Part shown: positions 27,094 through 40,818 of the stretch, piece by piece
Numbering within the stretch: position 1 is the first letter of the stretch
Layout: every line of letters begins with the position of its first letter
DNA from: Cercozoa sp. M6MM
Taxonomy: Eukaryota; Protista; Endomyxa: Ascetosporea
NCBI GenBank assembly: GCA_040357565.1
Contig: JBDODJ010000007.1
Reading direction: 5' to 3' (one strand)
DNA length: 64,000 nucleotides
The notes under the pieces: model-generated
Databases searched by the model: none
Seen by the model: the letters and a program-made list of their open reading frames with translations, nothing else
Told to the model about the DNA's origin: nothing
Translations under genes and position numbers: made by a program

Positions 27094-29834
27094 TCAATCA
27101 GCGTACAAAACAAAAGGTACCGCAGGTGGAGCAGCGGATCGAACCGGCGATCGCCCGCGCTCACGTCGGAACTCGTGTGGCGGAGAAGAGCGTTCTCGGT
27201 ACTCGTGCGGCGGCGAAGAGCGCCGCATCGACGGGGACTCCCGGGGTACAGGCGGAGGCGAGTACCCGCGTTGCTGCATAGGCCAGGACGAGTAGCCGCG
27301 ACGCTGCTGTATGGAAGAAGAGCGACGCTCGCTCACACGGTATTCACTTCGCTCGCGCTCGCGTTCGACAGAGGTGTCATCGACACGCAGTTCGGTCATC
27401 AAACGACTGCACACATGAGAGCACATAGTAAGAATGCGAGCAGACAGGCAGTAAATGCTGCAAGCTTTGTTTACTCGAGCAGGCGACTCTCGGCGGCGTC
27501 GTTGCTCTCCTTGCGGCGGCGAGCAGCGTCGGCAGTGTCTGCTTCGGCGTAGTGCGCGGCGTCTTCAAAGGCACGCTCTGGCAGCACAGACATTATATAT
27601 ATATATATATATATTTACGTATATGTATACAAACACATATGCCTGTACATAGGCATATACGTATATAGACATCTGTATATGCAGCGTACTGCGGCGTGCA
27701 CGCGCGGCGGCAACGATGCGCTGCTCGCGCTTGAGTGCCTCGACCTCGTCGGCGATGCGTTTGTGCATGGCGTCCAGCACGGTCTCGTGCTCGCGTCGGT
27801 AGGCGTCCTGCGTGCGCTCAAAGTGCGTGTGGAACAGACGCTCGCGACCACTGTCGGCGAACCACGTCGACAGTCGATTCAGACGGTCCTCTTGTTCCTG
27901 GGATGGAAGGGATCGGGTACACACTGTACATGGAGACAGGGTGCTCAAGGCGTACATGTGATAGAGGCTCCTCTTCTAGAGGCTCGCCTTCACGCTGGTA
28001 GCCTGTCGTGCCAGTCTGTGCATAGATATCGCCAGGACGACCCTCGTGGTACATCCTGTCGGCCAAGTGCTGCGTGAGTTGCCGCACGTGCCGTTCGTTG
28101 ACGCGGTTGAACTTCTCCAGCGTGTCGCCCTCGCTCACGTCGTCGCGGTAGGCACCCGTGTACTTTTTCTCAGTCTGCTCAGAATTGAGGTAAGTCAGTT
28201 GGAAATCAGAGTCACTTGGGCAGGACATAAAAGGTACCACACGAGGCAAGTCAGCACGTGCGTAGGTCGACTGACGCAGGCCAGTATCACGTGCCTTGTG
28301 TGACTCGTACAATTCACGCAGTCGCTCGGAGAAGTTCGAGATACTGCTGGTGTCGGAGACTTCGTCGTAGGCAGGTACGGCAGGTCGACGGTGTCGGGCA
28401 GCACGCCGGCGGTCCAGCATGCCGGCGAGCTTGCCATGTCGGCGACGCTCGCGACTCTTGGACTTGGAGGCCTTCTTGTGCGATGACGACGAGGAAGAGG
28501 AGGACGACGAGGAACTGGAAGAACTTGAGGACATTGACGACACTGGCGAAGGAGAACGCTTGCGACGACGTAATTTCCGTCCGAGTCGATCGCGCTTTCG
28601 AGTTCGTTTTTCTGCAGTCACGCACAGTCATACACAGTCACACAGTCACACAGTGTGCACTTCATTGAAGCTAAGACATGTTAGGGTGTACCTTCCTCGC
28701 GGACGAGAGTTTCTGACTGCACGGCGGCCGTAGCGTAGCGTTCGCGAGGCTGCAGGTGCTGCGGACTGCCAGCGGTGGAGGAGGAGCGACGCGAACGAGA
28801 GCCACCGCCGTGGTGCGGTTCGTAGGCCTGTGCCATGTGCACTCGCTCGGGTCCGTAGCGTTCCTCGACACTTACTTCGACCTGATCGAGGTGTCGCCGT
28901 CGCTTGCCGTGCCTTTTCTTCTTCTCGCGTTGATGCTCACGGTGCTTACGCAGTCGCTCGCGCATTCGTTTGCGCTTGCTGTCTTTCTTTCTGCTGCGCT
29001 TCTTCTTTTTCTTCTTATCTCGGGGTGGTACGTTGCTGCGGAACAGTCCTCCGCCTGAAGTGTTGTTTTGTGGAGACTTCACGACTCAAAATAATGTAAA
29101 GCAGGACTACCCTCGGCGGTGGCAGCGTAGTTCGAGTCCATAGCCATCATGTTGGCCTTGTTGCGAGTGTGTACGCGATCGACTTTGTGGTCAGCACGGT
29201 TATCTTGGTCGAAATCGTCGCCTGAGTCGACAGATGGACTCTCTTCGAACAGGTCATACTGAGGCGCCTGGTCGGGCACGTGCGGTGCCGGAGCACCCGA
29301 AGCATCGACGACACTGGCCATGCGTGTTGGCACCGACACGGCCTCGACACTGAGCGGGTGCTGCACATTCAGAGCACGCGGTGTCTCCTCGGGCACTGTC
29401 TGCGGACGCGCTCGCAGCGCCTCCTCCTCCTTGTCGTCCTTGTCGGGCCGCTGCTCTAACTTGTGCGACCGGGCGTGCCGCCGTTTCTCCTGCGATCGCT
29501 CGCGATGCCGTCGACTGCGCTTGCTGGTGCCGCCCTGACTGCGACTTCGGTGACGCCGTTTCTTGCTGCTGTCGTTCTTCTTGGTCTTGCTCGTTCTCTG
29601 GTGTCGACTGTGACTGCGACTGTGCGAGCGGCTCTTGCGCGAGCGACTCTTGTGCGAGCGACTCTTGCTGCGACTCTTGCTGCGACTCTTCCGTTTCTTC
29701 TGACTCGAGCGACGCAGATGCAGTTTCTTCACGGCAAAGTCGCTCAGGCGACGGAAACTTGAACGCGATCGCGAACGGGATTTCGAGCGACTGCGACGCC
29801 GACGCGAACCCGATCGAGATCGAGCCTTCGGCAT
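27094..29834 (-). CDS. Arg/Ser-rich (RS-domain) low-complexity nuclear protein
   Basis: MPKARSRSGSRRRRSRSKSRSRSRSS, K/R tracts, poly-Ser and RSSPPHE repeats across several exons. Confidence 0.7.
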
Positions 29835-30108
29835 TTTGTTTTTTGCAGTCTGCCTGCCTGGTCACTCTGGAAAAACGCCAAAGCAGTGACAACTGAGCTA
29901 AAACCGTTCGAGTCTGTCTGTTGCAGCTCACGTGCACGGAACGGACGGTGCAACTCTCAGTTTTTACCAAGTCCGAAGCCACCTGCATCGGACCTCACGT
30001 CGCACTTTATTTTCAAGGTGTTTCAGTTTTTTATTAAGGGTGACCTGGATCTACAGCAAGCACTGTATTGTTTCGCAAACAGCAAGCAAGCTTAACACCG
30101 CGCAGGCG

Positions 30109-30680
30109 ATGCGGAACTCGTACAAAAAAGTAGCTCGCGACTCAGCTTCAGGGGGAACTGAACCCAAAACTGAAACAAACTTGTTTTTTCGTTTTCCTCC
30201 TTTTTGCATCTTCAGTCGTGAAACTTACAAGCTATTGTATCTATCTGCTGCATGGTACTGTAGGTGGCATACACTACAGCCGAAGTAGCTTGGATAGTGG
30301 TACAAGGCCCTTTTTCGCAGATCCAGTTCTCCTTTCAGTTTAACCGTTGCGTTCTGTATTCACCCCCTTTTTACCCCCTTTTACCCCCTTTTACCCCCTT
30401 TTACCCCCTATTCACCCCCCTATTTCCCCCTTTTGACAGCTCGGCGCCATGACCTTTTCCGTTCTCGGCTACGGAATCTACGCAGACTACAAGTGCCAAA
30501 AAGGCGAGCCAGCTCAGGTACGCTTCTATGTCACTGTAACTGAAGGCATGAGGCGCGGTTACATTGTACTGTACACTGCAGCTGCCTCGTTGGATCCCTC
30601 TTCCCTGGGACAAGAACGAGGAGTTCCAACCTGACAGTTCGACTGCGGCGAACGAGTCGGCGGCGACAAAGCCTGAATAA
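30109..30680 (+). CDS. Small single-TM protein (about 75 aa), multi-exon
   Basis: Splicing gives MRNSYKK|VAYTTAEVAWIV|LGAMTFSVLGYGIYADYKCQKGEPAQ|LPRWIPLPWDKNEEF...KPE*; the first exon is uncertain. Confidence 0.45.
30364..30432. repeat. Intronic (TTTTACCCCC)n decamer array
   Basis: About four near-perfect units plus degenerate flanks. Confidence 0.9.
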
Positions 30681-30767
30681 CTCGATCCACATTGCGTTGA
30701 CTCTCGTTTCCTGATGGGCTTACTTACTTACTTACTGTACCAAACAAAGAAAGACTCAGTACGGTAG

Positions 30768-31099
30768 TTAAGAGTGAAGACTACCGGCGCCAACAGCGAT
30801 ATCGATGGCGCCTCGGCCTTGATCGAGACTGGTGTGACTGCTGGTGTGACTGGGCGTGCCGGCCGGTGTGGCCACGTAGCGCGCAACTCGCGTCACCAGT
30901 GCGCGTGGCGTCATCTCAACGTCAGTGTCGTTGTTGGCCCCATCATCATCATCATCGTCGTCCACATTGGCAGCATCAGCTTCGTTGTCGTCGTCGTTGG
31001 CCTCGTCTTCGGGGTCGGCGTCGTCGTCGCTCTCCTCGTCGAAAAGCACGTGTAGTGGCAGCACCGTCTGCTGCTTGTCCTGCCCGGTATATACACCAT

Positions 31100-31147
<48 letters not shown>

Positions 31148-32629
31148 GGTTACATCAGTGTGGTACACTCGACTGGCGCAGAAAACCGGCGTCGGCTTGC
31201 AGTCTTCGTACCTGCAGGGGGGAAGGGGGCAAGTTAAAAGGCTCTGGGAGTAGGGAAGGGTTGGGGTAAATGGAAGGTGGGGTAAAGGGGAAGGTGGGGG
31301 TAAAGGGAAAGGTGCGTGGAGGGTATAATACCAGTTCGTTCTGCTCGCCGCCGATGCGTCGCAAAACATGTCGCAGTTTTCGCACTCGCTCCGCCTGTAC
31401 AATAGACATAGCCCCTATATCCTCCTCTACAAGTTGCAATACAGCAGTGCAGATGCCACGTCGCACAACGTGCAGTGCCCTCTGTCGCGAGGCAGGGTCA
31501 TCGGCGTCTTCCTCGTCGTCGTCGTCGTCGTCCACATCGTCCAGTTCCTCATCGGCCTCCTCCAGCAACTCCTGTGAGGGGATGTAAAGGGTAGGGGAGT
31601 GAAGGGGCAATCGGAGGCATGATACGTGGTTGGCGTCATCAGCGGTCTGTCGCAGCAAGGCACGCGCTTCGGCAGCGGCCACGCGCCACAGCGACAACGA
31701 GTGCGCCGCGTGTTGTCGCTCCTCTTTCAGTTTCTGTCCGCGCGGAGGGTTCATATAAATAAGTCAGTCAGTCAAAACACAGGAACCTCTGTGCGTTCCG
31801 TCAACTCGGCGTTCTTGGGATTCTCGAGCACCTGTAACACGGGCAAATATACATTGGGGAGTAAAGGGGGTAAGAAAGATAAGGCTACGGTCAAATGTAC
31901 CACTGGCGCCGCCAAAGGCGTTTCCAACGCCTCACGATTTGGCGTTTCTTGCAACAGGTCCGGCAGGGCACTACATAAATTTCACATGATCCTTGTATAA
32001 CTAAGAAGAGAAAAACATGTGCTCAAAAAAGATGCACACGTATAATATACGCAAAAAGCCTACTCGAGAAACAGCTGCACGCACTGATCGATGCCGTCGG
32101 CCAGAAAGGCCGTGCGCGAGGTCGGTGTGTCGGCATAGGTTTGTCTCCTGGGGGTAAGAAAGAGTTATATAGGGTTAGTAGATGGAGTGAAATAGCGCAT
32201 AGGAGGGACAAGAGGGTAAGAGGACAATCGAGTCAGAGGTACACTGCATCCGTCTCAGCAGCCAACGCAGTGCGCATGAATGTCTCCATTGCCTGCAGTG
32301 CCATTTATGCGAGAACAGACTGTAGATACACCAGAAAAGAACGAGTACCCCCAAAGGAGCCAGCGTTGTGTCGATTCTCCAGTCGGTTGGGACACCTGAG
32401 CACACACAAAATAAAAGCACACTCACAGGCAGGAGCAGACTAAAGCACCCGTGTTTGGGTAGTCTGGCACCTGCACGGCACGCTGCACCGTGCGCCGCCG
32501 CCGCACGCGCCCAGCAGCACGAATTCGCCTTCTTTTGCGCCCTGACTTGACCTGAACTGCATTTTCTTCGCTCTGCGCCTCCTCCGCGCGGACAGGATCA
32601 CTCTGTGGCTCATCCACGTGCGCCTCCAT
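30768..32629 (-). CDS. Hypothetical acidic protein, multi-exon
   Basis: Exons with D/E tracts (EEADEELDDVDDDDDDEED; DEESDDDADPEDEANDDD) separated by GT-AG introns. Confidence 0.5.
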
Positions 32630-32946
32630 TTGCCAACGGAGTGCCTTCCTATGCCCAGATCTCCGTGCCTACACAGCTTAATAGTAACACTGCGTCTGTT
32701 CGAGCGCGTGTTGGCTCTAACGCGCTCCCAGACTTCTGTGGGCCACAAAACCATGGGATTCGTTGGGATCTTTGTACTGTACAGTATTGTGCAGGACAAC
32801 TGTACTACAGATCCGGATCAACCGTAACGCTCAATTATACCAAAACTGGGTAGGCACAGGCGCGTGTTCTTTCTGCATCCTGTGGACTAAGCTTTTTGTG
32901 TGCTGATTTTGGCTCCAATCATTTTGGTGTCAGATCACGGTACGAC

Positions 32947-34199
32947 ATGTTCAAGCGGTGGCTTGGTCGCGTCCTTGTGGCGGCAGTGACGGCAGCGGTC
33001 GGCCTGCAAATCTACAACCTGTGTATGTTGTGAGGATCTCAGCTTTTTCTGCAGTGCATTTGAGCGGTCGTAACGTGTAGGCAAGCTGGCATACGACCTG
33101 TACCACCCGCCCTTGTGCCAGTCGACGACGGAGCGATGCATGCGACCGCACGGCGCCTTTAACGAAAGCGACTGGCACCTGACCTTGTCGGTGTGGCCAC
33201 ATGCGCGTGTGTCGCCCTTCCCGCCGTCTGCTGAAACGGCACTGTACAGCAGCAGTGCTTTCTCACCGTCACAGCCAGTATGCCTCTCTGAGATGGGAAG
33301 TGTCGAAGTGTAGGAGTCGAGTAGCTTTAGTATGCGTGCTTGACAGGCAGAAGAAGAGGTCGACCTAGAGGTGGACACAAGCAAGTTCAAGCGAGGCTAC
33401 AGTGCACTGTACCTGCATGCCCATGTGCACCGAGACAATGACAGGGCCGTGTACTACTCGGCCTTCCCGTGGACACGCTCCATGATGCGCAAGGAGGTAT
33501 CTTGTGTCTGAATATATTATATCTGTTATATGGATTTACATGTGTGTGTGTGTACAGGATAGGACGCACTACCTGTACGGCAGTAGCAGCGAGCAGCAGC
33601 GCGGCGAGTCAGTGGAGCCGACCGAGACGCTGCACTGGTTCCCAGCCGTCACCGTGATGCTCTCCTCCGAACAGCACGCTCTTGACTTTGACCGACTGTA
33701 CCTTTTCTCTCTGTCTCTCTATCTAGCTATCTATCTATCTCGCTATCTATGTATCTATCTATCTATCTCCCTACCTACCTACCTACCTACCTACCTACCT
33801 ACCTACCTACCTACCGGCCTACTTACCTACCTACCTACCTACCTACCTACTTACCTACCTACCTACCTACCTACCTACCTACCTACCTACCTACCTACCT
33901 TCCTACCTACCTACTTACCTCTCTTTTTGATACCCATTTTTATATAGACCACACGACATGCACTACCTGTTGCGACAGCAACGCGTGAGCGACGGGAGCT
34001 ATATGCCCATCGCACACGTGCGTCAAGTCGACCAGATCTCGGTATGTCACACAATGTGTTTGTGTGCATGGTGCTTTTATCTATGCGGACGCATACACAG
34101 GACGACTACATCGAGGCAGGCGAAAGGCTGCCTCTGAAACTGACGTTCCGAAGGACGTCGCTGGGCAACGTGCGTGCCTGGTTGCAGGTGTGTACCCTG

Positions 34200-34249
<50 letters not shown>

Positions 34250-34259
34250 NNNNNNNNNN

Positions 34260-34308
<49 letters not shown>

Positions 34309-34540
34309 CTACCTGACCTCTGTGTTCATGGACAGATCGAAGCACAGATCGACCAGTCGGCCAAAACCTTTCAATTCTCGCAGAAGCAGACTGACAAGTA
34401 AAACCCTGTAATGAGTGTTTATCTGCACGTATTATGTACATGTATACAGCATGAGAGAAATGTTCGTAAAGAGCGACCTGCGTCTCGTCAGTGCCACTGT
34501 GGTTTGTTTGTGTTTAACATATGTCTTGTATACAATCTAG

Positions 34541-34580
<40 letters not shown>

Positions 34581-35009
34581 GTATACCCGAGGTACAACTA
34601 AACTGAACTGGGCACAGCTGGTGTCGATCCTGCACGTGCTGTTCGCCTTCTTGGCACTGCGCAATGAACTGGCCTTCTGGAGTTCGCGCCAGTCGCTGCA
34701 GGGCATTTCGGCAACGCGTGTGGTGTGGGACCTCTTCAGCGACGTCGTGGTGCTGCTGTATCTGCGCGACAGTGAGGAGGTAAACCCCTCTGCCTTGCCA
34801 ACCTGTATTAGCTGTCTCCGCTACGGTAAGTGCTGTCCCATACAGACATCACCTCTGGTGACAGGCCTGCTGTTGCTGAATGTTCTTGTGGCTGCCTGGA
34901 AGTGCCTCACTGTGTTTCGACTCAAGGGGTACCGTGGCTTTTGCCTTGTGTGTGTGTTTGTGTGTGTGTGTCTGTGTGTGTGTCTGTGTGTCTGTGTGTG
35001 TGTGTCTGT

Positions 35010-35043
<34 letters not shown>

Positions 35044-35668
35044 CTGTGTGTCTCTGTGTGTGTGTCTGTGTGTGTCTGTGTATCACTGCTGTGTAGCAAA
35101 CGAGGTGGCGACAAGACCATGCAGTACGAGGAACGTGCCACCAGATGGCTGGCCATGGTCTCACTTTTACTTCCGGATGCATGAGAAAGTATGTTCGTAT
35201 CTGTATATCTAAGTACAGTTACTGCTCCCGGGTGTCGCTGTCTTTGCTGCCTATCGCTTCTTCTTCAACACGCACAAGTAGCCTTGCTTTCTGTCGTACT
35301 TCCTCCTTCTCTACACTCTCTACCCCCTGTGCAGGTCGCTCTACAGTTTCGGCATTGCGACGCTGGCGCACGCCGTGTACGGTGTCGGTTTTGCCATGAT
35401 GACGCCGCAGCTCTTCATCAACTACAAGCTGCGCTCGGTGGCGCACATGCCGTGGCGCGTCATGGTGTACCGCGCCTTCAACACCTTTGTCGACGATCTC
35501 TTCAGTCTCGTCGTGCCCATGTGTGTTGCCGCTACACTGATGTCTATAGACATAGACATAGACAGATATCAGATGTGCATGTACACATACACCTGTGCAT
35601 ATGGTGTGCAGGCCCAATTTGCACCGACTGGCGTGCTTGCGCGACGACATCATCTTCTTCATCTTTCT

Positions 35669-35759
<91 letters not shown>

Positions 35760-35949
35760 CATCTTGCTTTGGTATTTACCTGCTGTTGTTGATGCGTGCA
35801 TGCAGTACCAGCGGTATATTTACCCGGTGGACAAGACGCGACTCGCCTCGCTGGACGGTGACGACGAGGCTGTTGTTGAGGCTTCCGACGACTCGGGTGA
35901 GGCCGTTGATCGTCCGGACGCGGACTCGGGTCACTTGAAGACTGACTAG
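32947..35949 (+). CDS. CLPTM1L: CLPTM1/CLPTM1L-family membrane protein (putative lipid scramblase)
   Basis: Signature segments LHVLFAFLALRNELAFW, GFAMMTPQLFINYKLRSVAHMPWRVMVYRAFNTFVDDLF, HRLACLRDDIIFFIFL and YQRYIYPVDKTR. Confidence 0.92.
33720..33915. repeat. Intronic (ATCT)n + (CCTA)n tetranucleotide microsatellite
   Basis: Directly visible, inside a CLPTM1L intron. Confidence 0.95.
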
Positions 35950-36072
35950 CGCGTGTCGTTCAAGCAAGTCAAGTGCGGTGCTTGCGTGCACTATTAAATC
36001 AAATCAAGTTTTTTTTTTGCAACAGGACATCGCTCGCACACGGCCCGGGCCAACCCGACACCTGACGGACCA

Positions 36073-36138
36073 ACCCACCCCAGACTGGTGCAGGGGAACT
36101 ACATATTTGGTTTCCTGGAAGACTCAGCTAACTAACTA
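36073..36138 (+). mobile_element. 66-bp 5'-truncated non-LTR retroposon/SINE-like insertion with 13-bp TSD
   Basis: Flanked by exact direct repeats ACCTGACGGACCA (36060-36072 and 36139-36151), ends in CTAACTAACTA(A), and is homologous to 63483-63545 (opposite strand). Confidence 0.7.
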
Positions 36139-36383
36139 ACCTGACGGACCACTTCTATTACATACACGGAGTGCCAGAGTGCATGTCTTTTGCTTGTTTG
36201 CCGTTGCCGCTCTGCCTGCAGTAAAAACTCAGCAGTTCAACGATCAGCCCGCCTTAAACTAGCGCAAAAGCACATTAATTGCTGTTCCAATGCTAAGCGA
36301 ATACTGCCGTATTTCTGCACTTTTCAGTAACGTTTACAAAACCTTTGTTCTCGGGCAATACGAAACTAGATTGCTACGGTACA

Positions 36384-37915
36384 CTACGGACAATAGATAG
36401 GATTAGGTTGATCGACGGCCTCGACTCGCGCAAGGAGTGAGACAAACGTCCCTAGTTCTTCCGCAGTCAGCAGCAAAAAGTGCCCTATGTCGATAGCCAC
36501 GAAACTCGACAGCGTGTTGGACACATCTTCCGGGCAGTCAAAGACTACAGGAAAGGGTACACAGCCGAAGTAACCACAGCAACGAATAGAAAAGGTCGCA
36601 TTGAGTGTACTTTCAGACAGCAACGAATCGAGAAAGGTCGCAAACTTCGTTCGAAGCAGTTGCTTCACTGGTTGCATTGCGTCCGACGTGAGGGTTCCGA
36701 GAGAGCCTTCCATCAAAAGCAGCACCAAGCGGTGTCTACAAACACACCCGGTAAGCCTTCCTTTAGTCGCCCTTTGATCTCACGATACCCATACGAAAAC
36801 TGAGGCTGTTCGATGTCGCAGCTCGCACGGAATTTGGCCGAGTTGATCATGGCAGGAAGCGAGGACTACAAATGTCTCTACTGAATAAATAGCAGATGGA
36901 TGGAGCTAGTGGCTTTACCCATGTGACGTGTCTTTGGAGTGCTTCATAAAGCAAAGGCAGGTGCGGCAACAAACGAGGTCCAACCCGCTCATCGCACAGA
37001 GTGCTCAAGATCGCATTCAGTACCGTGCACGCCTGGGAAAACAAAAGCACGTCAAGCAAAAACAGCCGGACAGGGAGAGCAAAGCCACCTCAAGTCTCTC
37101 ACTCGTGGGCGAGTGTTGACAGTGCTGCGTCAGTACAGAGACAAGTCGGCTCAGTTCGGAATCACCATCACAGGAGCAAATCAACGCGCGAGTTGTTGTG
37201 AATGACGGCAGCTTTATCTGACTGCACGTAGAAGTAAAATTCAATAAAATACAGACACACATGGAAATATGGACGCGCTGCCACCCCAGAGACAGCGACG
37301 GATGCAGGTACACGTGCTTGACACAGGGATCAATGTTGTTCCTGCAGGATAGAGGGAAGTACCTCATGCGTAGGATCTCATTCAATTACTAGAAAGGAAC
37401 AACGGTACTGGCCAATAAATTGATCCCACTCGATACGATGCGGCGACCATGCGTCCAAGACTTCACTCAGCACGCGCGCCAGCACGCTCGGAGTCTCTCT
37501 CCGGCGCAAGAATGGCACCCACAGCAACTCGTGAGCCAGAACACCCTGAAAGGAACATATGAAAGGATGAACATATGGCATTCTCACCACAGTTGCGTGT
37601 CGAGCGGCATACCAACAAGGCAGTGGTGCGAGCGGGAATCTGCAGTCTCTTTGCGAGGTCGCCCAGTTCTTCGATCGACGGGGGTGGTGTCCTGCGCCGT
37701 ACGGGACAAGTTCTTACCCAGCAGAAAAGGGAACATCCAGATGTAGCCTGTGGCACGTTGTCCTCTCGAAAAACGTGATAGAGTTGCGCAGTCTCCGCGC
37801 TTCTATTCGCCCTGCGCGGCATACAGTTTATAAAAAAATGTTGGATAACAAAGCTCGGGGCACCATCCGCGATTTGCCCTTCAATCGATTTAAGCACAAA
37901 CTTCAGTGTGCTCAT
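36384..37915 (-). CDS. Hypothetical protein, Leu-rich helical, multi-exon
   Basis: Chain of minus-strand exons (MSTLKFVLKSIEGQ..., ELLWVPFLRRRETPSVLARVLSEVL..., ...VDQPNPIYCP*). Confidence 0.5.
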
Positions 37916-38130
37916 TTCGCTCACTTGCCGTCCGTATGACGCAAAATACTACAAGTGAACCAGAACGGATTCTGGTGTGTTTTCTCCACTTTTTGCACTG
38001 AACTTCCACTGTTTTATTATTTGGGAGTTTTTTTTCGCAGAAGAAAAGCAACTAACGTGTTCATGACTGTTGCGTACCAAGCGTTTGATTTACGCCAAAG
38101 GGAGAGTGCGAAAGGAAGTGGAACGTGCTT

Positions 38131-39511
38131 ATGCGTTTAGCCGCGCTGCTGTGTGCACTGATTGGCTTCAAGTTTGCAAAGCCACAGGCGGTCCACGAAG
38201 CAGCTTTTGATGTGGTGAGTGGAGTGAGTCTGTAAAGCCTGGAATATAGATTCAGGGTGTGCTGTGTTGCAGATAATCGTGGGTGCTGGAACAGCGGGGG
38301 TTCAAGTCGCCAGTCAACTCTCCGAGGGAGAACTCAACGTCCTTGTTCTCGAAAGCGAAAGCTACGCTGGCGGACGTCTGCGCAGCATGCATATGGATGG
38401 AGTTGCTGTCCCAATGGGCGCTGGTATATCCTTGGCTCTTCTGTACAGAGCAATTCAACTCTTTTTCCTGAAGGATGGGTGCATGGCACCAATACTGCCC
38501 CTGATGGCAGTAGAAACCCGTTGCTGGACCTGATACGCGACAACACCAATGCCACACTGCTGCACACGAACTACAGTGCAGTGGATGTCTATTACAAAGG
38601 CAAAAAGGTGCTACCTGAAGCTACAACTGATATGATGAACCACGTCGGCGCACTCACTGACGCTTTGAGTAATTTACACTATCATTAATTATATACACTT
38701 TTAAAATCTAAATCCACAATCCGAATTGCTGTTTTTTAAACGAAACTTTGTCTGCGACAGGTTGTACTGACCTAAACCAAATTGCCTGGCGAATTCCGTT
38801 CTCTCGTGCCTTCTTCGACATACTGCAGGCGGGCTACGGCATCACCGATGAAGTTCTCATGGCGCTGTTCAACTACTCGCTGTGGGAGATCGTTGATGTA
38901 CTACTGCAATACTCCATGATGGGCGAGGAATAAGGGGTTGTTGTTAGTACCAAAGCGGTCGGACTCCTCAAGAAGTGTCGACCTGCGAGGTCACCCGATG
39001 CGGCGTCGATGACACGCAAGCTCACTGGGGTTCACCTGCACAAGACAGTCTTGTCATAGGTAGATACGAAGACATTCTGTCGCACAAAGTTCATGCGCTT
39101 GGCTCGCGCATTAAGTACGAACACCGAGGTTCGTTTTGACTGCGGTGCTAGTGTTACACTTTACACTCTTCCGCAGTATCTTCGATTTCTCGCTCTGGAG
39201 ACGCGTACGGAATGAGAGTGACTGCAACCAGCAACACCGGGGACGTACTCGTACTGTCGGCAAAGCATGTCGTTGTGACTGCGCATCCTCTCGCGGTCAA
39301 ACGCACCGTCAGTTTCAATGGCATACCTACCGAGGTACGTTTTCTGAGAACTTTTTTGCCCCTTCACCCTTCTTTACCCCTGCAGACGACTCAATTCAAA
39401 GTGATTGATGCGTTTGCGTCGCGCGGAAGTGCACACTACGCGAAACTGTGGCTGCGGTTTGAGGAAGCATTCTGGCTCCCCAACTCGGCTTACATCGTCG
39501 TGCTTCCGTAA

Positions 39512-39586
<75 letters not shown>

Positions 39587-40736
39587 CACACACACATACA
39601 CACACACAATACACACTATAAGCGTGGGATGTTTGAATCACCCTTTTTGAGCAGAAACGATGGACAATCAGAGCCATACAGCTTCCTCAACTTTAAATAC
39701 TACTCAAAACGGCACAACATACTCGGTTGGGAAGCCACAGGCGACTACGCGATCGGGCTCGAATCTACTGATATCGACGCACTCATAGAGCATATCATGG
39801 GTGTGCTACGAAGTGCCTTCTCCGATGCTTCAGACCCTATTGAGTACAAACGCACCGACTGGAGTCAGAAGGAGGTACCCTGCACACCTATACTGTGCAC
39901 AAAGCGAATCATTGTGTTTGTTTGGTCAGAATTTTGGCAGTTCGTGGGTGACATGGCCTACCAACGTTACCTACGAAGAGCTTTCCTCCTTCATGCGGGT
40001 ATTTTGCCTTTCAATTTTCGGTTTTCTCATGACTAAACGAGTTGTTTTTGTTACGAAGGGCCCAGCGTACCATTCTGAGCCCGCCGAAGAAAACAGTGCG
40101 TCGCTTTGGTTTGCTGGAAGTGCTTACAGTGGAGCAAATATCGGTATACCAATCGCAAGTGTTTGTCTGAGAGGTATCGCATACGTACGTGTGCGCTGAT
40201 GACAGGGTTCGTGCACGGTGCCTACATGTCCGCGACGCGCGTTGCGTCGATGATCCTGTCGGAAGAGACGAATGAAGCCATTCATGCAAACAAAGTGACA
40301 GGTGGATCTACGATGCCGGGTACTCGATCGCAAAAATTCTTAGACTGTCTCTTGACCCTAAGTATTTTAACAGGAAGCATCATTGATGCTGATGACTCAA
40401 GAACAACGAAGCTGATTGTTTTCAGTTTGCTTTGTTTCGGTGCTGTAGCAGTTGCGATCCTCATCAAGCGACGATCACTCCGTCGTGACTTCGAGAGTGC
40501 CACAGTAGGCTTATGTCGGTCTCGTTCATTACCAGTGATGCTTTGCTTTCTTGTAGACTCAACTGCCAGCTGAAGCTTCGAGCCATGACACCATGAGTGG
40601 CAGTGACGTTGATGGCAGTGCACATGTCGAAATTGCGTTTTTCAACCACGCACTTGAGGGTCACCACTCTGAGTCGCCGTTGGCACGTCGACCAAACAGA
40701 TTTACTGAGACAAGCCACTTGACTAATTGGGACTAG
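38131..40736 (+). CDS. Flavin-containing amine oxidase (polyamine oxidase-like) with signal peptide and C-terminal TM anchor
   Basis: MRLAALLCALIG signal; FDV|IIVGAGTAG Rossmann motif; VLESESYAGGR; GA|GWVHG; KLWLRFEEAFW; LWFAGSA..GFVHGAYMSATRVA; TM segment LIVFSLLCFGAVAVAILIKRR. Confidence 0.85.
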
Positions 40737-40818
40737 TAAGTAGCCTAATGTTAATTTCTAACTGATTCATTCGGCGGAAGCGGGACAGTTCAGTCCACCC
40801 GGAGTGCCAATGTGTATC

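Noticed and set aside
30249-30270. ATG GTA CTG TAG GTG as stop-codon readthrough or reassignment
   Set aside because: The TAG is explained as a 3' splice acceptor, and conserved genes show no in-frame stops after splicing.
33504-33988. (YLPT)n repeat protein ORFs
   Set aside because: Translation of the intronic (CCTA)n tract inside CLPTM1L.
36060-36151. Hammerhead ribozyme/retrozyme suggested by CTGACGG
   Set aside because: It does not match the CTGANGA...GAAA core, and the motif is the target-site duplication.
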